This document shows positions 15,921-34,007 of a DNA stretch of 64,000 nucleotides, piece after piece (position 1 is the first letter of the stretch; every line of letters starts with the position of its first letter). Both the position numbers and the translations under genes were made by a program. The notes under the pieces were generated by a model, which did not search any database, was not told the origin of the DNA, and was given only the letters and a program-made list of their open reading frames with translations. The stretch lies in assembly GCF_009914755.1 (NCBI RefSeq), contig NC_060935.1; one strand, 5' to 3'. The DNA is from the human T2T-CHM13v2.0 reference genome, Homo sapiens.

Positions 15921-16838
15921 TTAAATAATAATAAAAGCTATATGTGACAAACCCACAGCCAACATCATACTGAATGGGAAAAAATTAAAAGCATTCCCCT
16001 TCATAACTGGAGCAAGACAAGAATGCCCACTTTCACTACTCCTATTCAACATAGTACTCAAAGTCCTGGCCAGAGCAATCAGGCAAAAGAAAAATAAAAA
16101 AATAAGGCGCATCCAAATTGAAAAAGAGGAAGTCAAATTATTTATCTTTGCTAGTAATATGACCTTATGCCTTAAAAACCTTAAAGACTCCTCCAAAAGA
16201 CTCCCAGATTTGATAAATGAATTCAGTAAAGTCTCAGGTTACAAAATCAACATACACAAATCAGTAGCACTGCTATATACTAATAACAACCAAGCTGAGA
16301 ATCAAATCAGGAACTCAATCCCATTTACAATAACTACAGAAAAAAACACCTAAAAATATACTTAACCAAGGAGTTGAAGGATCTGTACAAGGAGAATTAC
16401 AAAACACTGGTAAAAAGAAATCACAGATGACACAAATGGAAAAACATCCCATGCTCGTAGATTCGAAGAACCAATATTGTGAAAATGACCATACTGTTCA
16501 AAGAAGTGTACAGATTCAATGAAATTCCTATCAAGAAACCAATGTCATTTTTCACAGAATTTACCCCAGTAACAATGACCATTATTGAAAAGTCAAAAAC
16601 CCATAGACGTTGGTGAGGATGCAGTTAAATGGAAATGCTTATGCACTGTTGATGGGACGTAAATTAGAATAACCTCTATGGAAAACAGTATGGAGGTTTC
16701 TCAAAGAACTACAAGTAAGTCTACCATTCAATGCAACAATCCCACTACTGGGTATCTATCCAAAGGAATAGAAGTCATATCAAAAAGTTACCTGTACTTA
16801 TATGTTTATCACAGCACAATTCACAATTGCAAAGATAC

Positions 16839-17257
16839 TGTGATGGTTAATACTGAATGTCAACTTCTTTTGGATAGAAGGATGCAAAGTATTGCGCCTC
16901 AGTGTGTCTGTGAGGGTGTTGCCAAAGGAGATTAACATTTGAGTCAGTGGGCTGGGCACCATCTAATCAGCCAGCGCAGCTCGGATATAAAGCAGGCAGA
17001 AAAACGTGAAAAGGCTAGAGACTGGCTTAGCCTCCCAACCTACATCTTTCTCCCATGCTGGATGCTTCTTGCCCTCGAACATCAGACTCCAAGTTCTTCA
17101 TCTTTGGGATTTGAACTGGCTTCCTTGCTCCTCAGATTGCAGACAGACTATTGTGGGACCTTGTGACCATGCGAGTTAATACTACTTAATAAACTCTCAT
17201 ATATATATATATATAATCCTATTAGTTCTGTGCCTCTAGAGAACCCTGACTAATACA
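16839..17257 (+). mobile_element. MLT2A-like solo LTR (ERVL)
   Basis: TGTGATGGTTAATACTG...GAGAACCCTGACTAATACA, TSD GATAC/GATAT. Confidence 0.88.
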
Positions 17258-17726
17258 GATATGGAATGTACCTAAGTGCCCATCAACTGATGAGTGGATA
17301 AAGAAAATATGGGAGATATGTATATATACACCATGGAATATTTATACACCAGCAATAAAAGAGAACAGAAAGCCAAATATACATGTTCCCACTTATAAAT
17401 GTGGCTAAGTTACGGTTCTCAAGGCCATATAAAGGTCTATAATGGACACTGGAGACTCAGAAGCGGGAGGGTGGAGGGGGAGTGAGGGATGAAAAATCAC
17501 CTATTGGATACAATGTACACTCTTGAAGTGATAGGTACGCTAAAAGCCCAAACATCACCCCTATGTAATTCAGTCATATAAACAAAAACCACTTGTACCC
17601 CTAAATCTATTGAAATTTTAAAATTTGATTTAATTTAAATATAAAAGTGATGCTTTTAAAATCTTTAAAAAAAATTCCATTTGTAAACTGCCTATTTCTC
17701 TGGAGCATTCTCTTCATAAACTTTTT

Positions 17727-18085
<359 letters not shown>

Positions 18086-18361
18086 TAAAGCGTCAATAGT
18101 TTATGAATTCATTAGTCTTCCACCCGGGCTTTGACATCAATTTTATGCTTGTTCTTTCTTCAATTTTAGCAGAATTCATGTTTCTCTGGTAGGGGCTCTT
18201 TTCAAACTGACTTCTTATCCTTCTAAGTGCCTCAAACTAAATCCTGTTAAGACATGTTATAACAATTTTGTGTGAGTTTATTTTGGTGCAAAAATTTTTT
18301 GAAATCCGTGCGTAGTTTTTCCATAGTATGCATTTCCCACAAACTTTTTGAAGACCCCTTG

Positions 18362-18445
18362 TATTAGGTTGAACCATTTGAAATTGCTGATATCAGACCA
18401 TTTTTAATCTACAAAATTGTCAGTATTGTATGATCCAATCCAATG
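18362..18445. mobile_element. MADE2-like mariner MITE abutting the HSMAR2 end
   Basis: TATTAGGTTGAACCATTTGAAATTGC start and a degenerate inverted end. Confidence 0.6.
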
Positions 18446-18801
18446 TATTAGACTATTCCAATATATGCAATTTGGAATATGATCCTTGTGAAATCAAGAG
18501 GAAAATAATAACATAGATATATAGGTTTTAGAATACTATGAATTACCAATATTGACACAGTTTTTGCACTAAGTTTCCTGATAGGCAAAGTGAAAATGAA
18601 ATTCAATCATTATGTGAATAAATTATCTATTAGGCAGAAATGTTTCAGTTCATTATGGATAAAATGATTCCTGTAATAGTACTTTATAACCATTTATTCG
18701 TGTATAGTTCAGTATAATAAGCAGCATATAACAGTATATAACAGTTATATATATACTGTTATATACTTTCCCCCGTTCTATAATTAAAAATTAGAATACA
18801 T

Positions 18802-19186
<385 letters not shown>

Positions 19187-19829
19187 TCACCCAAGAAAAC
19201 TTCCAGGAGTGGTGACAGATTCTCCAAAGTAGACATAATAAGCAAGATGGATGCAAGGAGGAAGCATAGGTTGATAGCGTAATATTTTAAATGCTGACTC
19301 AAAGAAATCATTATTTCATTACTAAGAGTAAAATTAGCGTGAAGTATAAGCAGCCCCATAGCCTAGTCTTCTCTAGATCAATAATAGTTCTAAACATACT
19401 GTACTCTAACTACATTATTTCTGAGTAATTTCTCCTGAATGAACACTTGAAATTTGCATAACCTGCCATTAGAGAGAAGGCATACTTCAATTATCCATAT
19501 TCTTATAAAGTTGAGACTGCATAAACTAATGCCCACTAGGTTAACACGAAATGTTTTAACAACAGCTCAGCCTTCAGTTTTCTAGAAGGTCCAGTTTCCA
19601 AAAAATTATAGCATTCTTTATGCCTAATGTCCTAGCTACAAATAATGATACTGCATAGTTTTTTCACAATATGAATTTTATGAAACATTTTACTGAGATT
19701 ATCTCATTAGATCTGTTAAATCTCTACCCTATTTTTATTTCCTTTATCTCTACACTCTACTCTCAAATATCTCCCTTCATGAGGAACCATTCCTTTGTAT
19801 TTAATATAAATGGTTTTTTAAAACCACTT

Positions 19830-23704
<3,875 letters not shown>

Positions 23705-24149
23705 TCATCTTCTTTCAAAGCAGCAGTGTCAAGCCAGTTGGTAAGATCCACAGCTGCTGTTGAGATCCAAGTGCTGTCTGTGGGAGCTCATTCTGAGCTG
23801 TGCATGGGCATGTGTGGGGTACTATTCAAGGTGGGGTTCCCAGGGTGCTAGGAGAATGTGTTGGCTATTTGGGAAGCCCTCTGACAAGTCATTCTGCAGG
23901 GTTTATGGGCAGGCCTCTTGGCGGAGTTCAAGAGCTGGTTATCCCAGTGGAATATGTTTGTAATTGCAGTGGAATGTGTTTGTAAAACATCTTTGGTTTT
24001 CAAAGTTCTGCAGCATGAGCATATGAGGTACCTGAGCAGGTATCATCTCCACTCTACAAAAGAATAAACTGAGGACCAAAGGATTTAAGTGCAGTGCTGT
24101 ACCCACCACATCTTGCAGAGGATTCTAAGTGGCAAGGAGCTTCTGACAA

Positions 24150-24800
24150 TGATGCTGCTTCTAAGCGGGGGTGTGTCTGGGGTTAGCAGTGGGGCCACCA
24201 CGTGATCAATCCGCCGACAGATCAAGCACAGCCTCTTCCTCCTGGGTGCGCCAGGCCCAAGGACAGAGGATGATGCCCACGCAGCCAGGAAAGAGCGGCA
24301 TCATTGTCAGCCCCTACCCCACCCTCGTCTTGGGAGCCTGCAGGCTCCGCGGTGCCACGGGAGCCCCACCGCACCTCACGTATCCGCGCGAGTCTCTAGC
24401 ACAGCCCCGCTCTTGGGCGTTAGAACCCCGCGAGGGGGGATGAAGGACGCCACCGAGGAAGCAGACCCCACCGGGCTCCCGAGGCTGCCAGGCCCCCCGC
24501 TGAGGGCGCTGCCTGCAGAACCACGCCCCCCTGTCCCTGTGCTAAGAGGGTGACGCGAGTGCCCGAAGCCCTGGCCTGGTTACCATTCGCGACTCCCTCG
24601 TCCTGGGTTCTCCCATTGCCAGGAATGTTTTACTAGTAACCATGGTATAGTTGAGACGATCCACTCTTGTCCTACGCATTTCGGCACAATACAGGCGTCT
24701 AGGAGGCTTACCTGGCATTGCCTGAGAGAATCTTCCATCCATTTAAGTAAGTAAACACCAGCGGGGCTGTTGGCCTTGTGAGTTGTGGCACCGTGAAAAA
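24150..24800 (+). promoter_or_regulatory. CpG-rich promoter-like island with probable non-coding first exon ending at 24746
   Basis: The only non-repeat CpG-dense segment in the window. GC-box CCACGCCC 24521, half-CRE TGACG 24551, X-box-like 24579 and 24636, donor TAA|gtaagt at 24747. Confidence 0.65.
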
Positions 24801-26059
24801 CCAAGGCCTGCAGTTCTCAGCATCTGCCCAATTTGAGCTCCTGTTTGAAACCACTGTTGGGTTTCCCTTCTCTTCCTAATGGTTCAGGTGGCCATAAGAT
24901 ATCCTCTTAAGCTTGAGTGTCAGTTATTTTATAAGATCTCTGTTTATCACCTTGAGATGTTCTGCAGGGTCCCTGAAGTGAATTTCGTGTATTCACATAG
25001 CCTAGATTTTAAGTCGTTGCATTCCAGACTTACCATTCAAATTTGGAGTTTCAGCTTGCTCTTTAGGACAGTAGTAATAAAACTACAATCATGACTACAT
25101 TTATTGCACAATGTTACATACTAGACACTTTTCTAAATTATCTATTAATACTAATTTTATGAATGCCATGAGCTCCTATACTAAGACCTCAAATAGCATG
25201 AAATGAAATCCAGTTTAGCTGTTTGCAAACTGCAGGAACACATAGAAACTTCGTTGTACTTATACATTTATTTGACAGTCACTGAGCTCCAAAAAAAAAA
25301 AAAAAGTACCATGCACAGTGCTTAGAATCTACAGTTACAAAGATGAATATGACAAAAACATACAAAAAAATGACTTATTGGTGGAACTGAAACTGACCAG
25401 AAATGGCTGGAGTATGGTTTGAGAAATTAGCCTGGAAAGGAAGCTGGAGGGCACATCGTGAAAGCCTCTTGTATGTTTGCAGACTATTCTAAAGTCAGTA
25501 GGGAGCCTCTAAAATGGTATGATGATATATGAAGAATTGCTGTGGCTGAGATGTGGGGAATAGGCTGAAGGAGCAATGAAATGAATAATGAATATTAGAG
25601 GACAGATGACCGAATAAGAAATCTTCATAATAGTCCAAGCAAAAAAATGAGCTCCTTGCGAACTGAGCCAGTGATCTTTGTCTACCATTTCTATCTCTAC
25701 ACCCACCCCTCAATATAGTAACAGATTTGGATTTGGAGTTTTCCATGTTTTAATGGGTTGGTTGATTTGGTTCAGCTGGGTTGGACTGGCTTTGGGGGAA
25801 GACTAAAGGGGAGGAAGTTGGAAGGGAGCAGTGAGGTATTCAAGTTTAACAATACTTCAGTTGGATTTCTGGGCACCATTTTAATTCCACTGAGGAATAG
25901 AAGTTTAAATTAGGAATGGGACAAAAGCCAAGTGCAGGATATGGAAAGCTCATGGAGAAGGTTAGAGGAGAGTTCCAATGCAGTGAGCATGTGGGAACCC
26001 AAAAGACTCATTCCTAAGATATAAGACTTATGTCAGTGAAAGTAATCTAAAACGACATG

Positions 26060-26750
26060 GTTAGAGGTGACATCAGTGAAAATGGCACAGTGGGGAACAC
26101 CAAGCAATTAATAAGCTGGAAAAAACTTTCAGAAGCAACATTCTCACAACTCTGAAAATTAACGAAAACTTGCAGCAACCAAGGGATGCTTGATCAAGAA
26201 AACACAAGGAAATGTTGGAAACAGATTTTTGTGACATTTTAATTTATCCTAGTCTCATTTCCCACTCCCCAGCTCGTCAGTGCCCTTGAATAAAACAGCC
26301 TTCATTCTCTGTATAGGTACCCAGTAACAGAGGGAGCAAAGCAAATCTTATCCTCAAAGAACTGCAGCTGCTTGTTAGATCTACCTGGTGGTTCCATAGA
26401 GAAACTGCTCAGAGAACCTGCCTTTACCTCGCCTAAAACAGAACTATCCCGGAGCTCAGGTAAGCAGTGGCATTTGTCAAAAACATGTAAAGGAAAAAAC
26501 ATAATAGTCATTGATTTCTGAGGCAAGGAATAATGGTTGGGACAAATAATAGACTAACTGAAAAGTTTGGGAGAAAAGGCCAGGGAATGAGATGCTTTGA
26601 GTAACAAACTCCCACATATTTCTGATAATCTAGAAGGCCACAGACATGCCCTGGGCTAGACACATGCTCAGAAAAGACCTGAAAACATCCTAAGGTCTCA
26701 CCTTCGGATAATGTTCAGACTCTGCACAAGTAGGAAGTAAAGGATAAGCA
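26060..26750 (+). mobile_element. Old L1M 5' end fragment
   Basis: Resembles the L1M 5' region also seen at about 57.6-58.6 kb. Confidence 0.55.
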
Positions 26751-27444
26751 GAGTGGTCTTTAATGCATTTTGAGTTGATTTTTGTATATGGTGTGAGAAA
26801 AGGGTCCAATTTCATTATTCTGCATGTGGATACCCAGTTGTCTCAACACCATTTATTGAAGAGGCTGTCCTTTCTCCATTGTGTGCTTTTGGCATCTTTG
26901 CCAAAAATCTGTTGACCATAAATGTGCAGGTTTATTTGTGAGTTCTTCAGTCTGTTCCATTGGTCACTGAGTCTGTTTTCATGGCAATACCATGTTGTTT
27001 TGATTATTATAGCTTTGTAATATATTTCAAGATTATGTAGTGTGATGACTTCAGCTTTGTTCATTTTGCTGAAGATTGCTTTGGCTAGTTGGGGTCTTTT
27101 GTGATTCCACACAAATTTCAGATTTTTTCTCTATTTCTGTGAGAAATAGATTGAATTTTGATAGAGATTGCATTGAATCCATAGACTGATTTGGGTAGTA
27201 TGGATATTTCAACAATATTAACTCATCCAATCCATGAACATGAAATAGCTTTTCATTTATTTGTGTTTTCTTCCATTCCTTTTATCAATGGTTTGTAGTT
27301 TTCAGTATATAAATCATTTAACTCCTTGGTTAAATTTGTTTCTACATATTTTTTATACTACTGTAACTGGGTTTGTTTCCTTAATTTATTTTTTGGATAG
27401 TTCATTGTTAGTACAAAGAAAACCTTCTGATTCTTGCATGTTGA

Positions 27445-27786
<342 letters not shown>

Positions 27787-27909
27787 TAACCTTGAAACCT
27801 TACTGAATTTGCTTATTAGTTCTAATAGTTTTTTGGTGGAATCTATGGGATTTTCTATATATAGGATCATGTCATCATGTCTATGGGGTTTTCTATACAT
27901 AGGATTCAT

Positions 27910-28669
27910 TTCCTATCTGGATGCCAATGTGTCCAGGAAGTGGAACATGGAGTCAAGCAAGATTATTCTGTAGACTTGAGATTTAACATTCTTTACCCAG
28001 TTGAGTTTTTCTTTGTTGCTATTTCTCCCTTTTAGAATGAAAATATCTATCCTATGCCTGTCACACTATTGTGTTTTGGAAGCACAAAACTTATTCGATT
28101 TCACAGGCCCACAGCTGGAGGGAAACTTATCTCAGGATGAATCATGCCTTGAATCTCATGCCTATATCTGATTTAGATGATACTCTTGACTTTGGACTTT
28201 TGAGCTGTTGCTGGAACAAGTTAAGACTTTGGGTCTCTAGGGATAGAATGACTGCATTTTGTATATTAGGACATATGTTTTGGGGGACTATGGGATAAAT
28301 GCTATGGTTTGAAGGTTTGTCCCCTCCCAAATCGTGTTGAAATTTAGTTGCCGTTTTATCAATATTAAGAGGCAAGACCTTTAAGAGTGATTCATCCATG
28401 ATGTCTCTGCTCTCATGAATGGATTAATGCCTTATCACTGGAGTGGCTTTGTTATTGAGGGAATCGGTTCATTATAAAAGGAAGAGTTTGGTCCTCTTTT
28501 GCCTCTCTATCTCTCACCATCTCTTTGCCTTTCCACCATGGGATGACACAACAGTAAGACCCTTGCCAGATGCCAACTCCTCAATCTTAGACTTCCCAGC
28601 TTCCAAAACTTTGAGCCAATAAATTACACAGTCTGTGGTATTCTATTACAGCACAAAATGGACTAATAC
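27910..28669 (+). mobile_element. MaLR (MST-like) internal fragment plus LTR (LTR about 28300-28669)
   Basis: TGCTATGGTTTGAA...AAATGGACTAATACA LTR termini preceded by MaLR-internal-like sequence. Confidence 0.7.
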
Positions 28670-29444
28670 AACTTGAGAGGAGCCTAATATATGATGTATC
28701 CTGGAGAATGTTCCATTAGTACTTGAGAAGAATGTGTATTCTGCTACTATTAGAAGAAATGTTCTTTATTTGTATATTAGGTCTATTAGGTCTACAGTGT
28801 AGTTCAAGTCCAGGATTTCCTTAATGATTTTCTGTCTGGATGATCTGTCCATTGCTGAAAGTGGGATATTGAAGTTGCCTACTATTATTGAATTGCAGTT
28901 TATTGCTCCCTTCATATCTATTAATATTATATATATGCACACATTTATATGGTGCTCCAATGTCGGGTGCATATATATTTACAATTGTTATGTCCTTTTG
29001 ATGAATTTACCCCTTTATCACTATATAATTACTTTGTCTCTTTTTACGATTTTTTACTTAAAGTCTATCTTGACACATATAAGATAGCTACCCATGCACT
29101 GGTCTCCCTTTGTGTGGAATATCTTTTTCCATCCCTTCACTTTTAGTCTAAGAGTGTCTTTAAAGGTGAAGTGAGTCTCTTATAGGTTCCATAGAGTTGG
29201 GTCTTATTTGTTTATTCATTCAACCACTCTGTCTTTTGATTGGAGAATTTAATCTATTTACATTTAAGGTAATGTTTGACAAGTGAAGAGTTAGTATTGC
29301 CATTTTGGTATTTGTTTACTGACTGTTTTGTAGTTCCTTTGTTCTTCCAATCTTGCTGGTTTCCTTTGTGATTTGTTGAATTTTTGTAGTGATATGCTTT
29401 GATTTTTTTTTTTATCTTTTTCACATCTGCTATAGGCTTTCTTT

Positions 29445-30401
29445 GTTTTGTTTTGGGTTTTTTTTGGTTTTTCTAATACTTTAAGTTCTAGGGTACATGT
29501 GCACAACGTGCAAGTTTGTTACATAGGTACACATGTGCCATGTTGGTTTGCTGCACCGATCAACTCATCATTTACATTAGGTATTTCTCCTAATGCTATT
29601 CCTCCCCCAGCCCCCTGACAGGCCCCGGTGTGTGATGTTCCCCACCCTGTGTCCACGTGTTCTAGTTGTTCAACTCTCACCTATGAGTGAGAACATGAGG
29701 TGTTTAGTTTTCTGTCCTTGTGATAGTTTGCTGAGAATGATGGTTTCCAGCTTCATCCATGTCCTGGCAAAGGACATGAACTTATCCTTTTTTATGGCTG
29801 CATAGTATTCCACGGTGTATATGTGCCACATTTTCTTAATCCAGTCTATCATTGATGGACATTTGGGTTGGTTCCAAGTCTCTGCCATTGTGAATAGTGC
29901 CACAATAAACATACGTGTGCATGTGTCTTTACAGTAGCATGATTTATAATCCTTTGGGTGTATACCCAGTAGTGGGATTGCTGGGTCAAATGGTATTTCT
30001 AGTTCTAGATCCCTGAGGAATCGCCACACTGTCTTCCATAATGGTTGAACTAGTTTACAGTCCCACCAACAGTGTAAAAGTGTTCCTATTTCTCCACATC
30101 CTCTCCAGCACCTGTTGTTTCCTGACTTTTTTATGAACACCATTCTAACTGGTGTGAGATGGTACCTCATTGTGGTTTTGATTCGCATTTCTCTGATGAA
30201 CAGTGATGATGAGCATTTTTTCATGTGTCTGTTGGCTGCATAAATGTCTTCTTTTGAGAAGTGTCTGTTCATATCCTTTGCCCACTTTTTGATGGGGTTT
30301 TTTTTTTCTTGTAAATTGGTTTAAGTTCTTTGTAGAATCTGGATATTAAGCCCTTTGTCAGATGGGTAGATTGCAAAGATTTTCTCCCATTCTGTAGGTT
30401 G
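29445..30401 (-). mobile_element. 5'-truncated L1PA insertion
   Basis: 18-bp TSD CTGCTATAGGCTTTCTTT (29427-29444 / 30402-30419); ORF 29670-30272(-) is L1 ORF2 C-terminus. Confidence 0.95.
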
Positions 30402-30838
30402 CTGCTATAGGCTTTCTTTTGTATTTACCATGAGGCTTAAATAAAAAATCTTGTAGATATACCTATTTTAAGCTGATGACAACCCAACCTCACTTGCATA
30501 CAAAACCTCTACACTTTTACACCCCATACCACATTTTACATTTTTCTGTTACAGTTTACTTCTCTAGGAAAGACGAAAATAATGGGAGTGGGTCAGCTAC
30601 ATCAAAAGGTATCTACTCAGTCTCATTTTAAGGTCATTACAGAAGAATAAAATCTAAGAGGTAGCTTTTGGCTTTTGCCAGGAAGTTATTGCTGTTTAGC
30701 AGAGAATAGTGTCAGTGGGTTGATGCAAAAAGCTTTTTGCAAGGAATTGCTAAGCAGTGGAAAATCAGAGGCTTCCATTTCAAGTGCCTTATCTCAAAAT
30801 AATCATTAGTATTACTTGTTCTCTATATTTCTCTATAG

Positions 30839-30933
30839 CAAAGGAGTCCATTCATCCTCTATAACTGCTATACAATATCTCTGTTAAAATGCTGAGAAGA
30901 TTTATCCTAAAAGAAGGCACCAAAGCAATGGGG
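30839..30933 (+). pseudogene. MS4A first coding exon (ATG 30889; MLRRFILKEGTKAMG)
   Basis: ttgttctctatatttctctatag| acceptor, upstream in-frame TAA, AAAATG start, GGG|gtaagg donor; resembles the MS4A pre-TM1 'FLKxExKxLG' motif. Confidence 0.85.
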
Positions 30934-31559
30934 GTAAGGACTAAGTGCTACTTGGGTTAATAAATGACTAGTGTTGCTTCTTCCTAATAGAAAAAGGAAA
31001 AGACATTGACCACATCTTCCCCAAAGGAAGGAGAATTGACAAAAGTGTCCTAAGGTGATGATAACTAGCCTAAAGCTAATTGGACTCAAATGTGACGGAC
31101 CCAAAAAAACATTCCGGAATAGTTCAACGTTACCACAATCCACCCAGGGTTCTAACAAATACATTCTGTGTTTGCTGATATATGAGAGGTCCATTTTCTG
31201 CCTGTGTCTGTAAACAGTTTGAATCAAAGCTCATCAATCATAAAGTGGTCAGGTAATGGGCTTAAAACCAGAAAAGGCTGTAGACCCTGGGGCACTGTAC
31301 TGTCAACATGTGCCCCTTACATTCAGCTCAGGTGGGTCACATTCTGCTTCAATGATCTCCCGCTCAGCTCTCCTCAATCTTAGAATACTATACCCTTTTG
31401 TATTATCCAATATTTGTGGGACCTTGAATCACATTTGCATTTAAGTCAGCAACATTAAACCTTGCACTAGGAAAATTCTCAACGTATCAAATATATTATT
31501 ATCTCCAGCTGGTTGAGACCTACCCAGTACACTATCAGAATGCAGGGCATACCTACATG

Positions 31560-34007
31560 CCTCTGAGTCAACAGGCAAAAATGAGAATTAACGATGTTAG
31601 CTAGGGTGATCAATCCAGGATGCCAAGGGGAAATTGGACCACTACTTCACAATGAATAGAGGCAAAAATGAATATGTCTGGAATACAGGAGATCCTTTAA
31701 GATGTCTCTTAGTACTGTCATGCCCCATGATTAAGGTCAATGGGAAATTACAACAACCCAATCCAGGCAAGCCTATGAATGGCCCAGACTCTTCAGGATT
31801 AAAGGTTTGGGTTATCCTGTCAGGTAAAGAAACATGACCAGCCAAGGTTGCATAATACCCAGGCACAACCCCAAAGTAGACAGCTGTAGCACTGTAGCCC
31901 CTTTCTGAGGCATTCCTGAAGAAAATAATGAAGAAAAATCTTCCCAGTGGACAGAACTTCAAGCAGTACACGAGGTTGTATATTTTGCTTGGAAGGAGAA
32001 ATAGCCGGGTGTGTGACTATATACTAATTCATGGGCTGTGGCCAATGGTGTGGCTGGAATGTCAGGGACTTGAAACGAATATGATTAGAAAAGTGGTGAC
32101 ATAGGAGTCTAGAGAACAGGTTTGTGGATAGACTTCTGAATAGGCAAAACACATAAAGATATTTGTGTCCCATGTTAATGTCCACCAAAGAGCATGATTC
32201 TCCTGCCTCAGCCTCCCAAGTAGCTGGGATTACAGGTGCACACCACTATGCCCAGCTAATTTTTGTATTTTTAGTAGAGATGGGGTTTCACCATGTTGGC
32301 CAGGCTAGTCTTGAACTCCTGACTTCAGGAAATCCACCCGCCTCGGCCTCCCAAAGTGCTGGGATTACAGGCATGAGCCACCATGCCCAGCCAGCAGAGG
32401 AAGATCTTAATAATCAAGTAGATAGGATGGCCCATTCTGTGGATACCACTCAGCCTCTTTCCTCAGCCACCCCATCATTGTCCAATGGGCCCATTAACAA
32501 AGTGGCCATGGTGGCAGTGGCAGGGATGGAGGTTATGCATGAGCTCAGCCACATGGGCTTCCACTCACCAAGGCTGACTTGGCTACAGTCACTGATAGGT
32601 GCCCAAAATGCCAGCAGCAGAGATGAACATTAGGTTCCTGATATGGTACTATTCCCTGGGGTGATTAGCCTGGTGGCAGAATGGCTACATTGGACCATTT
32701 CTGTCATGGAGAGGGCAGTGTTTTCTTCTTACTGGAATAGATACTTATTCTAGATATGGTTTTACCTTCCCTGCATTCAATGCCTCTGCAAAAACTACCA
32801 TCCATGGACTTACAGAATGCCATATCTATTGCCATGGTAATGCCACACAGCATTGTTTTTGATCAGCGAACTCACTTCAGAGCAAATGAAGTGCAACAAT
32901 AAGCTCAAGCTCATGTAATTTGCTGGTCTTACTATGTTCCCCACCATTATGAAGCAGCTGGTTTGACAGGATGATGGAATGAACTTTTGAAGACAATTAC
33001 AGCACCAGCTAGCTGGCAATATCCTGCATAACTGGGGGAAGGTTCACTAGCAGAGTGTTTCTCCCACAGCTAGGATTCACAGGTCCAGAAATCAGGGAGT
33101 GAAAATGGGAGTGACACCACTCACTATTACCCATAGTTACCTACTAGCAAAAATTTGCTTCCTGTCCTGAAACATTATACTGTGCTTGTCAGATGTCTTT
33201 ATTCCAATGGAAGAAATGCTTCTACCAGGAGACATAATAATGATTTCATTGAACTGGAAGTTAGGACTCCCAACTAGCCATTTTGGACTTTTTATCTCTG
33301 AATCAGTTGGCAAAGAAGGGAGTTATTGTGCTGGAAGGGGTTATCGATACTGACTACCATAAGGAAATTTGGCCTATTACTTCACAGTTAAGGAAGTGTA
33401 TATTAGTAATACAGGAAGCCCCCTAGGGTATCCTCAGTATTACCATGTCCTGTGATTAAGGTCAATGGAAAACTACAACAACCCAATTAGAACAGGACTA
33501 CTGATGGCCCAGACTCTTCAGGAGTGATGGTTTGGGTCAACCCACCAAGTCAATAATCACAGCCTGCTGAGGTGCTTGCTGAAAGCAAAGGAAATATGGA
33601 ATGGGTAGTGGGAGAAAATAATCATAAATACCAGCTATAACCATGTGGCCAGTTACAGAAATAAGGACTGTAATTGTCATGAGTATTTTTCCTTATTTTG
33701 TTATGAACATGTTTGTGTGTTTGTGTGTATTACATACCTTTGTTTTCTTCCCTCTCTTATCCCCTTATTATGTAACATAAGATGTGTTGACTTTATGTTA
33801 TGGCTTTTAAGTTGTGGTATTTCAACAGAAGAGTAAACGTCACTCAAGAATTTTGCATCCTCTTCTGGAAAAGTGTTAGTGCATTTTTTGTTGTATGCAT
33901 GACAGCTGTTAGGCAAAAGTACATCTTTCTTTGGAGATTAAGTATGGTTTCACGAGATGTGTAAGTGGACTGCTAAGTGGACTGCTAAGTGGACATGAAG
34001 TTGACTT
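31560..34007 (+). mobile_element. ERVL (HERV-L-like) internal fragments: RNase H, integrase, dUTPase region
   Basis: Degenerate ERVL pol motifs (TCTTCCCAGTGGACAGAACTT; ATTAAGGTCAATGGAAAACTACAACAACCC) ending at an MLT2 LTR. Confidence 0.8.
32194..32393 (-). mobile_element. Alu fragment in ERVL
   Basis: Partial reverse Alu lacking its 3' end. Confidence 0.9.

Noticed and set aside
24171-24804. ORFs over the CpG island
   Set aside because: Expected by chance in GC-rich sequence; no recognisable protein features
29670-30272. Longest ORF (200 aa) as a host gene
   Set aside because: L1 ORF2 C-terminus within a 5'-truncated L1PA bounded by TSDs
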